A stretch of DNA of 64,000 nucleotides from Candidatus Undinarchaeota archaeon (GCA_964519305.1 CAZFHY010000014.1:32001-96000), one strand, 5' to 3'. Positions 30,959 to 41,162 are shown, counted from the first letter of the stretch. Program-made: numbers and translations. Notes: a model not told the origin generated them from the sequence alone.

Positions 30959-33958
30959 ATGAAGTTCACGTTCTCACGCAAAGGTCAGGCATCCTTGGAG
31001 TTCCTGATGAGCTACGGGTGGCTGATGGTGATCATCGTCATCGCCGGAGCAGCGCTGTATGGTATGGGTATCCTCAATCCATCCACGTACCGCAAGACCG
31101 GCTGCATCGGTTTCGAGAAGATACACTACCGCGACCATCTCTTCCGTGCCACGGGAACGACGGGGATCTGGGACCTTACCATGGACAATGTGGATGCTGA
31201 CGACCGGGACAGCGACTTCAAGCTCCGTATCCAGAACGGTGGGGGGATGCAGATCCGCGTAAGCAACGTCGACGTCGAGTACCCGGAAGGTGTGCACGTG
31301 ACGTGGGCGGAGCGCGGGTACAACTGTGACTACTACAATACAGCAGGCGACACGACCAGCGGCTGCCGCGAGCAGAACGTGTCCGAGGGCGAGATCGGTA
31401 CGCTCTCCATCGAGGACGTGGGCGCCGGGACGGTGGACCTGCGCCATGGTGCCGGCTACCGGGCCAAGGTGAAGGTCTCCTTTGATGTGTTCAACGCAAT
31501 AGGCGACCATTCCGAGACCGCCATCTGCTCGGGCAAGATCGCGGGCGGCCAGGACCCCGAGGCAATCAGCCTCCTAGTCTCGTCGGGTGCCATCGACGAG
31601 GACGCTGGTACGTCCACCATCACCGCCCGGCTCTCGGGCCACAATGACCTGGACGTGCATGTCGTATTCACCATCTCGGGCACCGCCATTGACGGCACCG
31701 ACTATACCGTTGACCTTTACGAGGTGACCATCCCGCAGGGTGAACTGGAGAAGAGCATCACGATAACGTCCATCCACGACAGGGTGGACGAGGACGACGA
31801 GACCGTCGTGGCGACGATACAGAGCGTCTCCAACATCGCCCACAACCAGCATGGACAGTCGGCGACGGTCACCATCACGGACGATGACGACTCGGGCATC
31901 GTCACCGACAGCACGCCCGAGGTCTACGAGGACTCGGGCGATGGCTCGACGACGGACACGTACCAGGTCAAGATGAACAGTGATCCAACCTCGACCGTCA
32001 CCATCACGCTCGCAGAGACCGTCGACCATCACTCCGAACTTATTATCACGAGCTCGACGACGCTGACGTTCACCGGCGGCTCCGGTGGCACCTGGGACGA
32101 CTATCAGACCGTTACCATCGCTTCCGTGGACGATGACTATGACGAGCCGACCGATGAGCACAGCGGCCACATAACCCACACCGCCGCGAGCTCCGATCCG
32201 CGGTATGACGGGCAGTCACGCCAGATCAATCCTACTATCCACGACGATGACGTTGCCGGCATCACGCTCACCGAGGCCGGCGGGTCCACGGCGGTCGACG
32301 AGGATGGGGATCCCGACTCCGATACCTACACGGTCGTGCTGAACACCAGGCCGTACGAAGACGTCGTCATCTCAGTCACCGACGATGACGAAGCGTACAC
32401 CGACAAGAGCAGCCTGACGTTCAGCAACAGCGACTGGAGCTCGGCGCAGACCGTAACCGTCACCGCGTTCAAGGACTACATCGACGAGGTGACGGAGCCC
32501 CACTCGGCCACAGTCAGCCACAGTGTGTCCAGCTCCGACAACAAGTACAACGGCATGTCGCTCTCGTCCGTGTCGGTCAGCATCACCGACGATGATGCTG
32601 CGGGAGTGCAGATACCCGACAAGGATGATGAGGTCGACGAGGGTGCGACGGGTGACGGGTACTATGACATCGTGCTCACCAGCGAACCCGTCGGGACCGT
32701 GACCGTTACTATCGTGGACTTCGATGAGCAGTTCGAGGCAATGAGCCCGCTGACCTTCAATTCGGGCAACTGGAACTCCAGCCAGCGGGTGACCGTTACG
32801 GCCACCAACGACGACGTGGACGAGGCGGCAACGCACTTGCATTACATCTGGAACAGCTTCTCCAGTACAGGTCCCAAGTACACTTCTGGTTTCGTGGGCG
32901 TGGGTTTCACCATCACCGACAACGACGACGCTGGTATGATCCTCACAGAGTCAGGCGGCTCCACCGACGTCACCGAAGGCGGGGCCACCGACAGCTACAC
33001 CGTGGTCCTCGAGAGCGATCCTAACATGACCGTGACTGTGACCATGGCCAACGACGCGGACCTCCAATCAATGACGGCGCTCACCTTCAATGCCGGCAAC
33101 TGGAACTCTGCCCAGCCCGTTACCGTAACGGCCAATGACGATTCGCTGGACGAGACCTCACCGGAAACGAGTACGATCACCCACACGGTTACGAGCTCCA
33201 ACACCGACTACAATGGCTATGCACTGGGCAACGTCGATGCCGCAGTGACCGACGACGACGTGGCGACCATCACCCTCAACCTCGTTGACTCCCCGCTGAC
33301 TGAGAACGGCGGCACGGCCACGGTGAGCGCGACCGCGAGCACGCCAGTGGCGGCCGAGGTCACGATAACGCTGGCGTTCTCCGGGACGGCGGTCCTCACG
33401 ACCGACTACACCCGCTCGGGGACGAGCCTGACCATCCAGGCGGGCCAGACCTCGTCCAACACGGTCACCCTCACGGGTGTCAACGACGATTTCGATGACG
33501 ATCCCGTGACGGTGATCGTGGACATAGATGGCGTGAGCCCGGCAGAGAACGCAGCCGAGAGCGGCACCCAGCAGGAGACCGCGACGATCACCGACGACGA
33601 CACGGCAAGCATCACGGTCACTGAGTCTGGCGGCTCTACCGATGTCGACGAGGAAGGCGAGACATCGGACACCTATACGATCGTCCTCACGAGCGAGCCG
33701 ACAGCAAGTGTCACGATTGACATCTCATCGGCCGATGAGATCAACGGTGCGACCGTAAGCCCATCCCAGGTAGTGTTCGATGGCGGGAATCCCTGGAACA
33801 CACCGCAGACGGTGACTGTGACGGCAGAGGATGACGTCGATGATGAGGCGGATCCGCATACGGTCCTGATCACGAACGGGGCTGCCACCAGCGGTGATGG
33901 TGATTACAGCGGCATGAACCCGGCCGACGTGACCGCGAACATCACCGACAACGATTAG
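30959..33958 (+). CDS. Giant class III signal peptide surface protein with Calx-beta-like repeats
   Basis: KG|QASLEFLMSYGW; repeats ending TITDDD; LTFxxxNWNxxQxVTVTA motifs. Confidence 0.88.
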   Translation: MKFTFSRKGQASLEFLMSYGWLMVIIVIAGAALYGMGILNPSTYRKTGCIGFEKIHYRDHLFRATGTTGIWDLTMDNVDADDRDSDFKLRIQNGGGMQIRVSNVDVEYPEGVHVTWAERGYNCDYYNTAGDTTSGCREQNVSEGEIGTLSIEDVGAGTVDLRHGAGYRAKVKVSFDVFNAIGDHSETAICSGKIAGGQDPEAISLLVSSGAIDEDAGTSTITARLSGHNDLDVHVVFTISGTAIDGTDYTVDLYEVTIPQGELEKSITITSIHDRVDEDDETVVATIQSVSNIAHNQHGQSATVTITDDDDSGIVTDSTPEVYEDSGDGSTTDTYQVKMNSDPTSTVTITLAETVDHHSELIITSSTTLTFTGGSGGTWDDYQTVTIASVDDDYDEPTDEHSGHITHTAASSDPRYDGQSRQINPTIHDDDVAGITLTEAGGSTAVDEDGDPDSDTYTVVLNTRPYEDVVISVTDDDEAYTDKSSLTFSNSDWSSAQTVTVTAFKDYIDEVTEPHSATVSHSVSSSDNKYNGMSLSSVSVSITDDDAAGVQIPDKDDEVDEGATGDGYYDIVLTSEPVGTVTVTIVDFDEQFEAMSPLTFNSGNWNSSQRVTVTATNDDVDEAATHLHYIWNSFSSTGPKYTSGFVGVGFTITDNDDAGMILTESGGSTDVTEGGATDSYTVVLESDPNMTVTVTMANDADLQSMTALTFNAGNWNSAQPVTVTANDDSLDETSPETSTITHTVTSSNTDYNGYALGNVDAAVTDDDVATITLNLVDSPLTENGGTATVSATASTPVAAEVTITLAFSGTAVLTTDYTRSGTSLTIQAGQTSSNTVTLTGVNDDFDDDPVTVIVDIDGVSPAENAAESGTQQETATITDDDTASITVTESGGSTDVDEEGETSDTYTIVLTSEPTASVTIDISSADEINGATVSPSQVVFDGGNPWNTPQTVTVTAEDDVDDEADPHTVLITNGAATSGDGDYSGMNPADVTANITDND

Positions 33959-33979
33959 GAGAGGGTGCGCCCCCCGGCC

Positions 33980-35248
33980 TCAGTCGGGACCGGTCGAGTA
34001 CACGCACCGCCGCAGGAACAGCTCGGGCTTCCCCACCACGGCACGGTCCAGGTCGACATCCATGCCCAGGTCGGCGAGGAACCTGCCGTGCGCTCTCCCC
34101 AACCTGCACTCGACGTCCGACGGTACCGTGTACGCAAGCTCCGGAGCTTCCGAGAGCACCTTCATGTTCGTGTCCCGTGTCCGTCCCACGGGCATGTAGA
34201 CCAGACCGTACCTGGCGAACTGGCCGAGGTTGAGCGAGACCGCGGCCTTGAGCACCTTGAGCATACGCTCACGCTGGAGCGGCTTGAGGGAGATGGAGTA
34301 GAGCACGTCCTCGTGGGATAGCACATAGAAGCTCGGCAGCCTGTAGGTGCTCTGGAGCCGTTCGAGCCGTTCCCTATGCCTCTCCTCCCGTCTCCTGAAG
34401 TGCTTGAGGATGACCACGCTCCGGTCGGTACCCGGTACCCTGCTGCTAACTAGGGTACGAAGGCGGGTGGGCGGCGACCTGGCTCCCCATCGGTGCAGCC
34501 GCCCGAAGATGGTGCGGACCATTGAAAATGGTCGTTCATCTCCCCAGAAGGGGATCCTGGGAGCAGGATAGTATACGCGCTGCACGCGTTTAAGGATTTC
34601 GTCCACGGGTCGGGCGACCTCGTCCCGTGAGAGCACCGTGCACACGTACCCGGTCTTGGCGTTGATGGTCCCGGGGATGCGGAAGATGCGGCGCGTGTCA
34701 ATGGTCGTCTTCCCGTCAACGACGATCCCCGCCTCGCCGACCTCCTCCACCATGGCCTTGTTGGCCTCCTTGTACGCGTCCTCCCGCGCCTCGGGATCGG
34801 GCTCTGCGATGCGCTCGTTGTCGCACACGACATGGAACCCCTTGCTCCCGCTGAAGGCGATGTAGCGCACGTTCACACCCTTGCCATCAAGGAACCCGAG
34901 AAGAGAGAGCGTCTGCTTCCGCACGTCCTCCAGCGTCCTGAGTTCTTCTCCCACGTCCAGGTCGAAAACGAGGTCGTTGTAGAGGAACATAGCCGTCTTG
35001 AGTGCCTTGGGCCCCAGTTTCTCAGGTGTCAGAAAACAGGATGTCGTGTAGTAGGCGTCCTGTGGCGCGTGGCGTACGAGCTGCTCCTTGAGCTGGTCGG
35101 CAGTACGCACATGCTCCTTGATCTTCTTGAACCGACCGTCGATGCGGAACCGGAAGTGACGGAACCGTACGTTCGGGATGGGGAACGCGGGCGTCAGTCC
35201 CCTGTAGTACGATTCAGCCTTCTTGTCGGACCCTGACCAGATTACCAT
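33980..35248 (-). CDS. Second AEP-superfamily primase/polymerase (PriS-like) with C-terminal extension
   Basis: PQDAYY, LVFDLD, FSGSKGFHV, IDTRRIFRIPGTINAKTG; ATG 35248 overlaps the upstream ORF. Confidence 0.85.
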   Translation of the reverse strand: MVIWSGSDKKAESYYRGLTPAFPIPNVRFRHFRFRIDGRFKKIKEHVRTADQLKEQLVRHAPQDAYYTTSCFLTPEKLGPKALKTAMFLYNDLVFDLDVGEELRTLEDVRKQTLSLLGFLDGKGVNVRYIAFSGSKGFHVVCDNERIAEPDPEAREDAYKEANKAMVEEVGEAGIVVDGKTTIDTRRIFRIPGTINAKTGYVCTVLSRDEVARPVDEILKRVQRVYYPAPRIPFWGDERPFSMVRTIFGRLHRWGARSPPTRLRTLVSSRVPGTDRSVVILKHFRRREERHRERLERLQSTYRLPSFYVLSHEDVLYSISLKPLQRERMLKVLKAAVSLNLGQFARYGLVYMPVGRTRDTNMKVLSEAPELAYTVPSDVECRLGRAHGRFLADLGMDVDLDRAVVGKPELFLRRCVYSTGPD

Positions 35249-35462
35249 ACTTCTCGGCCGTGATGTAGGTCTCCAGCGCCTTGACGAAACTGTCGGGTGC
35301 ATCCCTGGGGCGGACACCGATGAGCGCGGACCTGATCTCGGCCTTGGTCATACCATCGCGGAACCGGTCACCGTGGTTGTCCTTTATCCACATGATCACC
35401 GAGTCATAGCCACCGTAGTCAGGCCCGTAGATGAGGTCCCAGATGAAGTCGAAGAGTCCCAT
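35214..35462 (-). CDS. Small hypothetical protein, probably co-transcribed with the AEP gene
   Basis: 82 aa; TATA-like tttaaa about 25 nt upstream; 35-nt overlap with AEP. Confidence 0.6.
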   Translation of the reverse strand: MGLFDFIWDLIYGPDYGGYDSVIMWIKDNHGDRFRDGMTKAEIRSALIGVRPRDAPDSFVKALETYITAEKYGNLVRVRQEG

Positions 35463-35556
35463 CGTACCCTACGCACTTGGGATGCTTTAAATCCTTGAGG
35501 CCGGGCGCGTGCAGCGAACGTCACACATAAAAAAACGAGGAGGCTCGAAGTAAACA

Positions 35557-36636
35557 ATGGATATCCAGACCTACTTCGATGATATGATCGCACGGGCCCT
35601 GGCGGTTAATTCGCCGCAGGCCTTGTTCACTGCCACGTTCGCGTTCATTGCCACGATCGTCATCCTGATGATCGTCAAGAGCACCATATGGCGTAAGTTG
35701 CAGGACCTCATCGCTGCCAAGGAGGAGACCCTCGACGGGGTTCTCTACTGGCTGATCGGCTCACTGAGCTACTCCTCATATGTGTTCATCGGCCTGTGCG
35801 TGGCCGTCCAGTTCCTCGTCCTCCCGGTCTGGGTGACGAAGATCATCTATGCCGTCACCATGGTCATCGTATCAGTCTACGCTGTCGTCGGTATACAGAA
35901 GGGCGTTGACTCCATCATCGAACGTGTAGCTGAGAAGAAGAAGGAGGAAGGCGAGAGGGTCGACTCTTCGCTGATCGATCTCACGGGCAAGTTCCAGAAG
36001 GTCGTCCTCTGGTGCCTGGCCACGGTGCTCATCCTGTCCAACCTCGGGTACGATGTCACGGCCCTGGTGGCCACCCTTGGTATCGGCGGCATGGCGCTGG
36101 CCTTCGGTCTCCAGCGGGTAATCGAGGACATATTCTCGTCCTTTTCGATCTATCTGGACGAGCCTTTCGAAAAGGGTGACTTCATCGAGGTGGGCAGCGA
36201 CGGCGGCACCGTCAAGCACATCGGGATAAAGTCCACCCGTATCCAGACGCTGCCCGGTACGGAGCTCGTCATCCCGAACCGCGACATCACCGGCAAGCGC
36301 ATCAACAACTACAAGGTGCGGGAGAAGCGACGTGTTGTGTTCGATTTCGGTATCAAGTACGAGACGCCCACGGCGAAGGTGAAGCGCGTCCCGAAGATCG
36401 TGACGGATCTCATCGAAGAGATGGAGCACGCTGAGGTCAGTCGTGTCCACCTGAAGGAGTTCGGGGACTACGCACTCAACTTCGGCGTCGTCTACCTGGT
36501 CGATACGACGGACTACACCGTCTACATCAACGTCCAGCAGGACCTCCTCCTCAAGATCAAGGAGGCGCTGGAAAAGGAAGGTATCCAGTTCGCCTACCCG
36601 ACGCAGACGCACTTCGTGGTGAACGCTGCGAAGTGA
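35557..36636 (+). CDS. mscS: Small-conductance mechanosensitive channel
   Basis: LGIGGMALAFGLQ, PFEKGDFI, GIKSTRI, IPN, IQFAYPT. Confidence 0.93.
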   Translation: MDIQTYFDDMIARALAVNSPQALFTATFAFIATIVILMIVKSTIWRKLQDLIAAKEETLDGVLYWLIGSLSYSSYVFIGLCVAVQFLVLPVWVTKIIYAVTMVIVSVYAVVGIQKGVDSIIERVAEKKKEEGERVDSSLIDLTGKFQKVVLWCLATVLILSNLGYDVTALVATLGIGGMALAFGLQRVIEDIFSSFSIYLDEPFEKGDFIEVGSDGGTVKHIGIKSTRIQTLPGTELVIPNRDITGKRINNYKVREKRRVVFDFGIKYETPTAKVKRVPKIVTDLIEEMEHAEVSRVHLKEFGDYALNFGVVYLVDTTDYTVYINVQQDLLLKIKEALEKEGIQFAYPTQTHFVVNAAK

Positions 36637-36651
36637 GTGGGTGGATCCGGA

Positions 36652-36984
36652 CTAGAACCCGAAGCCCAGGCCCAGTTCGCCATCGGAGTCGATGACGAGG
36701 CCGGGTGACACCTCTATGCCCATCTTACCGCCGTAGGTCATCCCAACGCCGGGACCGTCCCAGCCGTCGTCACCCTCAACGGGTGCACTGTTGTTGGTAG
36801 CGGGCGCCTGGTACTCACCGGGCTCGGCCGTGGCCGCGAAGTAGATGGCCGCACCGATACCTGCGACAGCAAGACCGCCGATTCCGATCATAGCATATTC
36901 CATGCCATCAAGGTCGTTGGTTGTAGAGTAGCCTGCTGCAGCGTCAGAATGAGCGTATTCGATTGTGTCGAGCTCGATGTCCAT
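36652..36984 (-). CDS. Small membrane protein, tandem paralogue 1 (ends DGELGLGFGF)
   Basis: 110 aa, one TM, own TATA-like box; clear paralogue adjacent. Confidence 0.8.
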   Translation of the reverse strand: MDIELDTIEYAHSDAAAGYSTTNDLDGMEYAMIGIGGLAVAGIGAAIYFAATAEPGEYQAPATNNSAPVEGDDGWDGPGVGMTYGGKMGIEVSPGLVIDSDGELGLGFGF

Positions 36985-37086
36985 GATCGTCCTTCCAGTG
37001 TTCCGCTGCCAGCAAGGCCGTTAATATACTTTTCTACGACCTTGTACGAAAAGAGGTCCCCCGTCCCGGACCACTTTCTCCTTTGT

Positions 37087-37419
37087 CTAGAACCCGAAGC
37101 CCAGCCCCAGCTCACCGTCGAACGTGTAGACGACGCCGGGTGCGATCTCGAGGCCTAGGTCACCACCATAGCTCATGCCAAGACCGATACCGTCCGAGCC
37201 GCTGTCCTGATATCCGGCGCCGGTATCGTTCGTGACAGGTGCCTGGTACTCGCCGGGCTCGGCCGTGGCCGCACAGTAGATCGCAGCACCGATACCGGCC
37301 GTCGCCAACGCCCCTACGCCTATCATCGCCCAGTCTGCACCGTCCAGGTCGTCAGCGGTAGAATAGCCGGAGGTCGCCTCGGCATGAGCATACTCGATGG
37401 TGTCAAGTTCCATGTCCAT
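37087..37419 (-). CDS. Small membrane protein, tandem paralogue 2 (ends DGELGLGFGF)
   Basis: ATG 37419 gives 110 aa collinear with paralogue 1; TATA ttatttaag upstream. Confidence 0.8.
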   Translation of the reverse strand: MDMELDTIEYAHAEATSGYSTADDLDGADWAMIGVGALATAGIGAAIYCAATAEPGEYQAPVTNDTGAGYQDSGSDGIGLGMSYGGDLGLEIAPGVVYTFDGELGLGFGF

Positions 37420-37601
37420 TATCATCACAGAGGGGGCAGGCACCCTAGTAATCTTAAATAACTTGCGCTTTTCGCCGACAAGTGGTAATATTGCTTCGTT
37501 ATTCGTAGTTCCTTCGCCAGTATACATAAATATTCGTTGTTTTAAGTCGAAACATAGAGCTAGGACAAGAAGGATCGATACGTGTACCGGATGAAACGGG
37601 A

Positions 37602-38126
37602 CTACTCGTCCGGATGCAGCTCTCTGAGCTTGTCGAGGAAGGCCTTCATGAAAGAAGGAAGGTCCTCGGCGAACCGGGATGTGACCAGATTACCGTCCAC
37701 GACGACGTCCTTGTCGACGATCTTGACGCCTGCTTCCTCCAGTTCGTTGGTGATGGCAAGGAAGCAGGTCATGGTCTTGCCCGAGAGGTCGAAGGCCTCC
37801 TTGAGCACGAGACCGCCGTGGCAGATCGCGCCGATGAGCTTGCCCTTGGCGCACATGTCACGGACGAATGCGACGGTCTCGGGATCCCTGCGCAGCTGGT
37901 CGGGCGAGTACCCGCCGGGGATGATAAGCGCGTCATAGTCGTCCGCTTTGACATCGCTTGCACCGAACCCGCTGACCACGGGGTACCCGTGCTTTCCCTC
38001 GTAGGAAGTACCCTTCTTCGGACCTATGATGTCGACGTCGTAGCCCTCTTCTCGAAGACGGAACTTCGGATAGTGGAGCTCTAGCTCGTCGTAGAGGTCT
38101 TCGGCGAGGATGGCGATACGGACCAT
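37602..38126 (-). CDS. pfpI: PfpI/DJ-1 family protease/deglycase
   Basis: LYDELE, IIPGGYSPD, AICHG, VVDGNLVTSR. Confidence 0.92.
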   Translation of the reverse strand: MVRIAILAEDLYDELELHYPKFRLREEGYDVDIIGPKKGTSYEGKHGYPVVSGFGASDVKADDYDALIIPGGYSPDQLRRDPETVAFVRDMCAKGKLIGAICHGGLVLKEAFDLSGKTMTCFLAITNELEEAGVKIVDKDVVVDGNLVTSRFAEDLPSFMKAFLDKLRELHPDE

Positions 38127-38175
38127 GATGCGTTCCCTAGCGGGGGTGACCCATTAAATAACTACCGTCGAGGGG

Positions 38176-38787
38176 CTATAGCCAGTCCACCACGTCAGCG
38201 ATCGGACGACGTGGACGTGGCTTGGGTGCTCGGGCCGGATGGCCTAGCGTTATGATGCCGGCCACCTCCCAGTTGTCCTCCGGTCGGCCCACCTCCTGCC
38301 TGATCCGCTGCTCGACCGTCGCATCGCCCGTGGCCACCATAGTCCAGCAGGCGCCAAGGCCTAGACCGTGGGCCGCAAGACAGATGTTCTCGATGGCCGC
38401 ACTCGCGGAGTGGACCGCGTATCCCTCACTTGTGTCCGCAAGGACCACGATGACGGCCGGGGCCCTACCGATGAAGCTGAAGAACCTACCGGTGGCCATG
38501 TCCTCCACCAGCGCCTTGCGCTTCTCCTCGGGCAATCCTGCAAAGCGCTCCTCGAGGACGTCCCGATGGGGCGAGAAGAGTGCCTTTGCGCCCATCTGTG
38601 AGTGTCGTCCGATGCGCTTGATGGTCTCTTTGTCCTGGACCACCACGAACCGCCAGGGCTGCTGGTTCTCGGCATTGGGAGCACGTACACCGGCCTCGAC
38701 GATCTTGATGAGGGCGTCCCTGTCCACGGGATCGTCGGTGTACCTGCGGATGCTGGCCCGGCTGGTGATCGCATCGAAGAGGTCCAT
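38176..38787 (-). CDS. Nitroreductase family protein
   Basis: RASIRRY, APNAENQQPWRFVVV, LAAHGLGLGACW. Confidence 0.92.
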   Translation of the reverse strand: MDLFDAITSRASIRRYTDDPVDRDALIKIVEAGVRAPNAENQQPWRFVVVQDKETIKRIGRHSQMGAKALFSPHRDVLEERFAGLPEEKRKALVEDMATGRFFSFIGRAPAVIVVLADTSEGYAVHSASAAIENICLAAHGLGLGACWTMVATGDATVEQRIRQEVGRPEDNWEVAGIITLGHPARAPKPRPRRPIADVVDWL

Positions 38788-38813
38788 TGCGTTCCGGAGA
38801 GGGGCAAGCTTCT

Positions 38814-41162
38814 TTAATCGTTCGCCTCGGCGTCCTTCTTCGCCATCGCTACCTTCTCGGCAGTAACGGGCATGGACGTGATGCGTACCCCCAGCGCGTC
38901 CTCGATCGCATTGGCCACGAGCGGTGCGGCCGGGATCATGGGATGCTCGCCTACGCCACGGGCGCCGAACGGCCCGTCCGGTTGGGCGACCTCCACGATT
39001 ATCGGGACGGTCTCGTCGGGGATGTCCATGGCGGTGGGGATCTTGTAGTCGGTGAAGTTCGGATTGAGGATCCGCCCGTTCTCATCGAACCGCATGTCCT
39101 CGTAGAGCACCGTTGCGAGTCCCTGGACGATACCTCCGACGATCTGGCCTTTGACCAGATCGGGATTTATCGCGCGCCCCACATCGATGGCCTCGGCCAC
39201 CTTCTTCACTTTCATACGACCTGTCTCGCGATCGACCTCGAGCACGATGCCGGCAGCACCCACGGTGTAATGGACGTTGGGTTTCCCTCCCTGGCTGGTC
39301 TTCGGGTCTGAGAGCGCCGAGGAGAACTCGGGCATGAACATGCCGCGCCCCATGATGGGCCCGCCCATGAACGTGCCGTCCTTGTTCATGATGCCTTCGA
39401 TGACGAAGTCCTTCAACGGGAGCTCGAAGTCGGGGTTCGATGTGGACCGGACCGCCTCGTCCTCAAGGTAGAGCGTCTTTACCTGATAGTCATGGGCCCG
39501 TGCGACGAGCTCGAATATCTGCTTACGCGCATCCTCGGCCGCCAGCTTTACGGCATTACCGCACGACCAGGTGACGTGTGAAGCCACTGTCTGCCACTCG
39601 TAAGGGTTGCGGTCCGTATCGGGGGTCTCCACCCTGATCTTCGAGGGGGGCACGGCCAGTACTTCAGCGGCTATCTGGGCCATGGCCGTCATGAACCCCT
39701 GACCGATCTCCATACCGGAGACCAATACGTTGATGCTCGCGTCCTCATTGAACTTGAGGTATGCTCCCGAAGACGCGTTGGGCGGCATGGCCGGCGCCTT
39801 CCAGAAACAGGCCACGCCCTTACCGATGGCTTTCGCCGGATCATCGCTGTCCTCCTTCACGCCCCAGTCGATGGCTTCTTCCACCCGATTGATGCACTGG
39901 TGCAGGCCGGACGGGTTCATGGCCGCACCATAGGCGAGCGTGTCCCCTTCCTTGATGGCGTTCTTGCGTCGGAACGCCACAGGGTCCATCCCGAGCTTGC
40001 GGGCGATGCGTGTCATGTGCGACTCGAGCCCGAAGGTGAACTCCGAGTATCCGAAGCCACGGTAAGCACCCGAGGGCGGGAGGTTCGTGTAGCAGCAGAC
40101 CGAGTCGATCCACACATTGTCGATACGGTACGGGCCGGTGGCCGAGAGGCCTACAGCGTTCACGATGTTGGCGCCGTACTCCACGTACGCACCCGCATCC
40201 CAGTTGAGTACGTGCTTGAGCGCGGTGATCCTGCCGTCCTTCTTGACGCCCACCTTCAAGCGTGCGACGACCGACTGGCGCTGGTAGGTGTTGTAGAACT
40301 CCTGCTCCCTGCTCCAGTTGATCTTCACCGGGTGACCGGGCACCATGACCGCAAGAGCGGCCGCGAATATCTCCATGGTCACTCCGGCCTTGCCGCCGAA
40401 TCCTCCGCCCACGAACGGTGCGATTACGCGCACGTCCTTGTGGCTGATGCCCAGGGGCGCGAGAGCCTCGGCGAACCCATGGCGCTGGGTGAACGGTGAC
40501 TGCGAAGATGCCCACACGGTAAGACGCCCGGCATGGTCGAAGCGCGCCGTCGCCCCGTGGTACTCGATCGCGCAGTGCACGTACCTCGGCACGCGGTAGG
40601 TGTCCTCGAACACAAGGTCCGCCTCATCGAAGCCCTTCTCGATATCGCCCTTGCGCGTTTTACGCCAGTGGGCGATGTTCGTGTCCGCCTCTGGGAAGAA
40701 CCAGGGTACGTGCGGGTAGTCGCCCAGGTCGGGATGGACCAGCACGCAGCCGTCTGCGAGCGCCTCGTCCGGATCGAACACGGGTTTCAGTGGTTCGTAC
40801 TCGACCTTCACGAGAGCTGCTGCTCTTTTTGCGGTCCTCACGTCACGGGCGATGACGGCGGCGACCTGCTCGCCGACGAACCGTACCTTGTCAGTGGGGA
40901 AGATGAACCGGTCCTTCATGTAGAGGCCGTACTTGTAAGGGAGGTCCTTACCGGTGACGATCTTCACGACGCCGGGCACCTTCTGTGCCTCGGACGTGTC
41001 GATGGATAGGATGCGTGCATGGGCGTGAGGGCTCTCCACGAGCACGGCGTGGAGTAGGTCTGGACCGAACTGCAGGTCGTCGATGTACCTGGCAGCGCCA
41101 GTGACCTTCTCAAGACCGTCCACGCGGGTCACGGGCGTTCCAACGAACCGCTCGCCCGCCAT
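38814..41162 (-). CDS. Xanthine dehydrogenase family molybdopterin-binding subunit
   Basis: KVTGAARY, GGGFGGK, AYRGFG, EIGQG, GARGVGE. Confidence 0.95.
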   Translation of the reverse strand: MAGERFVGTPVTRVDGLEKVTGAARYIDDLQFGPDLLHAVLVESPHAHARILSIDTSEAQKVPGVVKIVTGKDLPYKYGLYMKDRFIFPTDKVRFVGEQVAAVIARDVRTAKRAAALVKVEYEPLKPVFDPDEALADGCVLVHPDLGDYPHVPWFFPEADTNIAHWRKTRKGDIEKGFDEADLVFEDTYRVPRYVHCAIEYHGATARFDHAGRLTVWASSQSPFTQRHGFAEALAPLGISHKDVRVIAPFVGGGFGGKAGVTMEIFAAALAVMVPGHPVKINWSREQEFYNTYQRQSVVARLKVGVKKDGRITALKHVLNWDAGAYVEYGANIVNAVGLSATGPYRIDNVWIDSVCCYTNLPPSGAYRGFGYSEFTFGLESHMTRIARKLGMDPVAFRRKNAIKEGDTLAYGAAMNPSGLHQCINRVEEAIDWGVKEDSDDPAKAIGKGVACFWKAPAMPPNASSGAYLKFNEDASINVLVSGMEIGQGFMTAMAQIAAEVLAVPPSKIRVETPDTDRNPYEWQTVASHVTWSCGNAVKLAAEDARKQIFELVARAHDYQVKTLYLEDEAVRSTSNPDFELPLKDFVIEGIMNKDGTFMGGPIMGRGMFMPEFSSALSDPKTSQGGKPNVHYTVGAAGIVLEVDRETGRMKVKKVAEAIDVGRAINPDLVKGQIVGGIVQGLATVLYEDMRFDENGRILNPNFTDYKIPTAMDIPDETVPIIVEVAQPDGPFGARGVGEHPMIPAAPLVANAIEDALGVRITSMPVTAEKVAMAKKDAEAND

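Noticed and set aside
33980-37527. Integrated virus or plasmid around the second AEP gene
   Set aside because: No integrase, att repeats, capsid or packaging genes; codon style matches the host, and mscS sits in the middle.
38814-41162. Aerobic CO dehydrogenase (CoxL)
   Set aside because: The active-site loop is AYRGFG, not AYxCSFR (form I) or AYRGAGR (form II).
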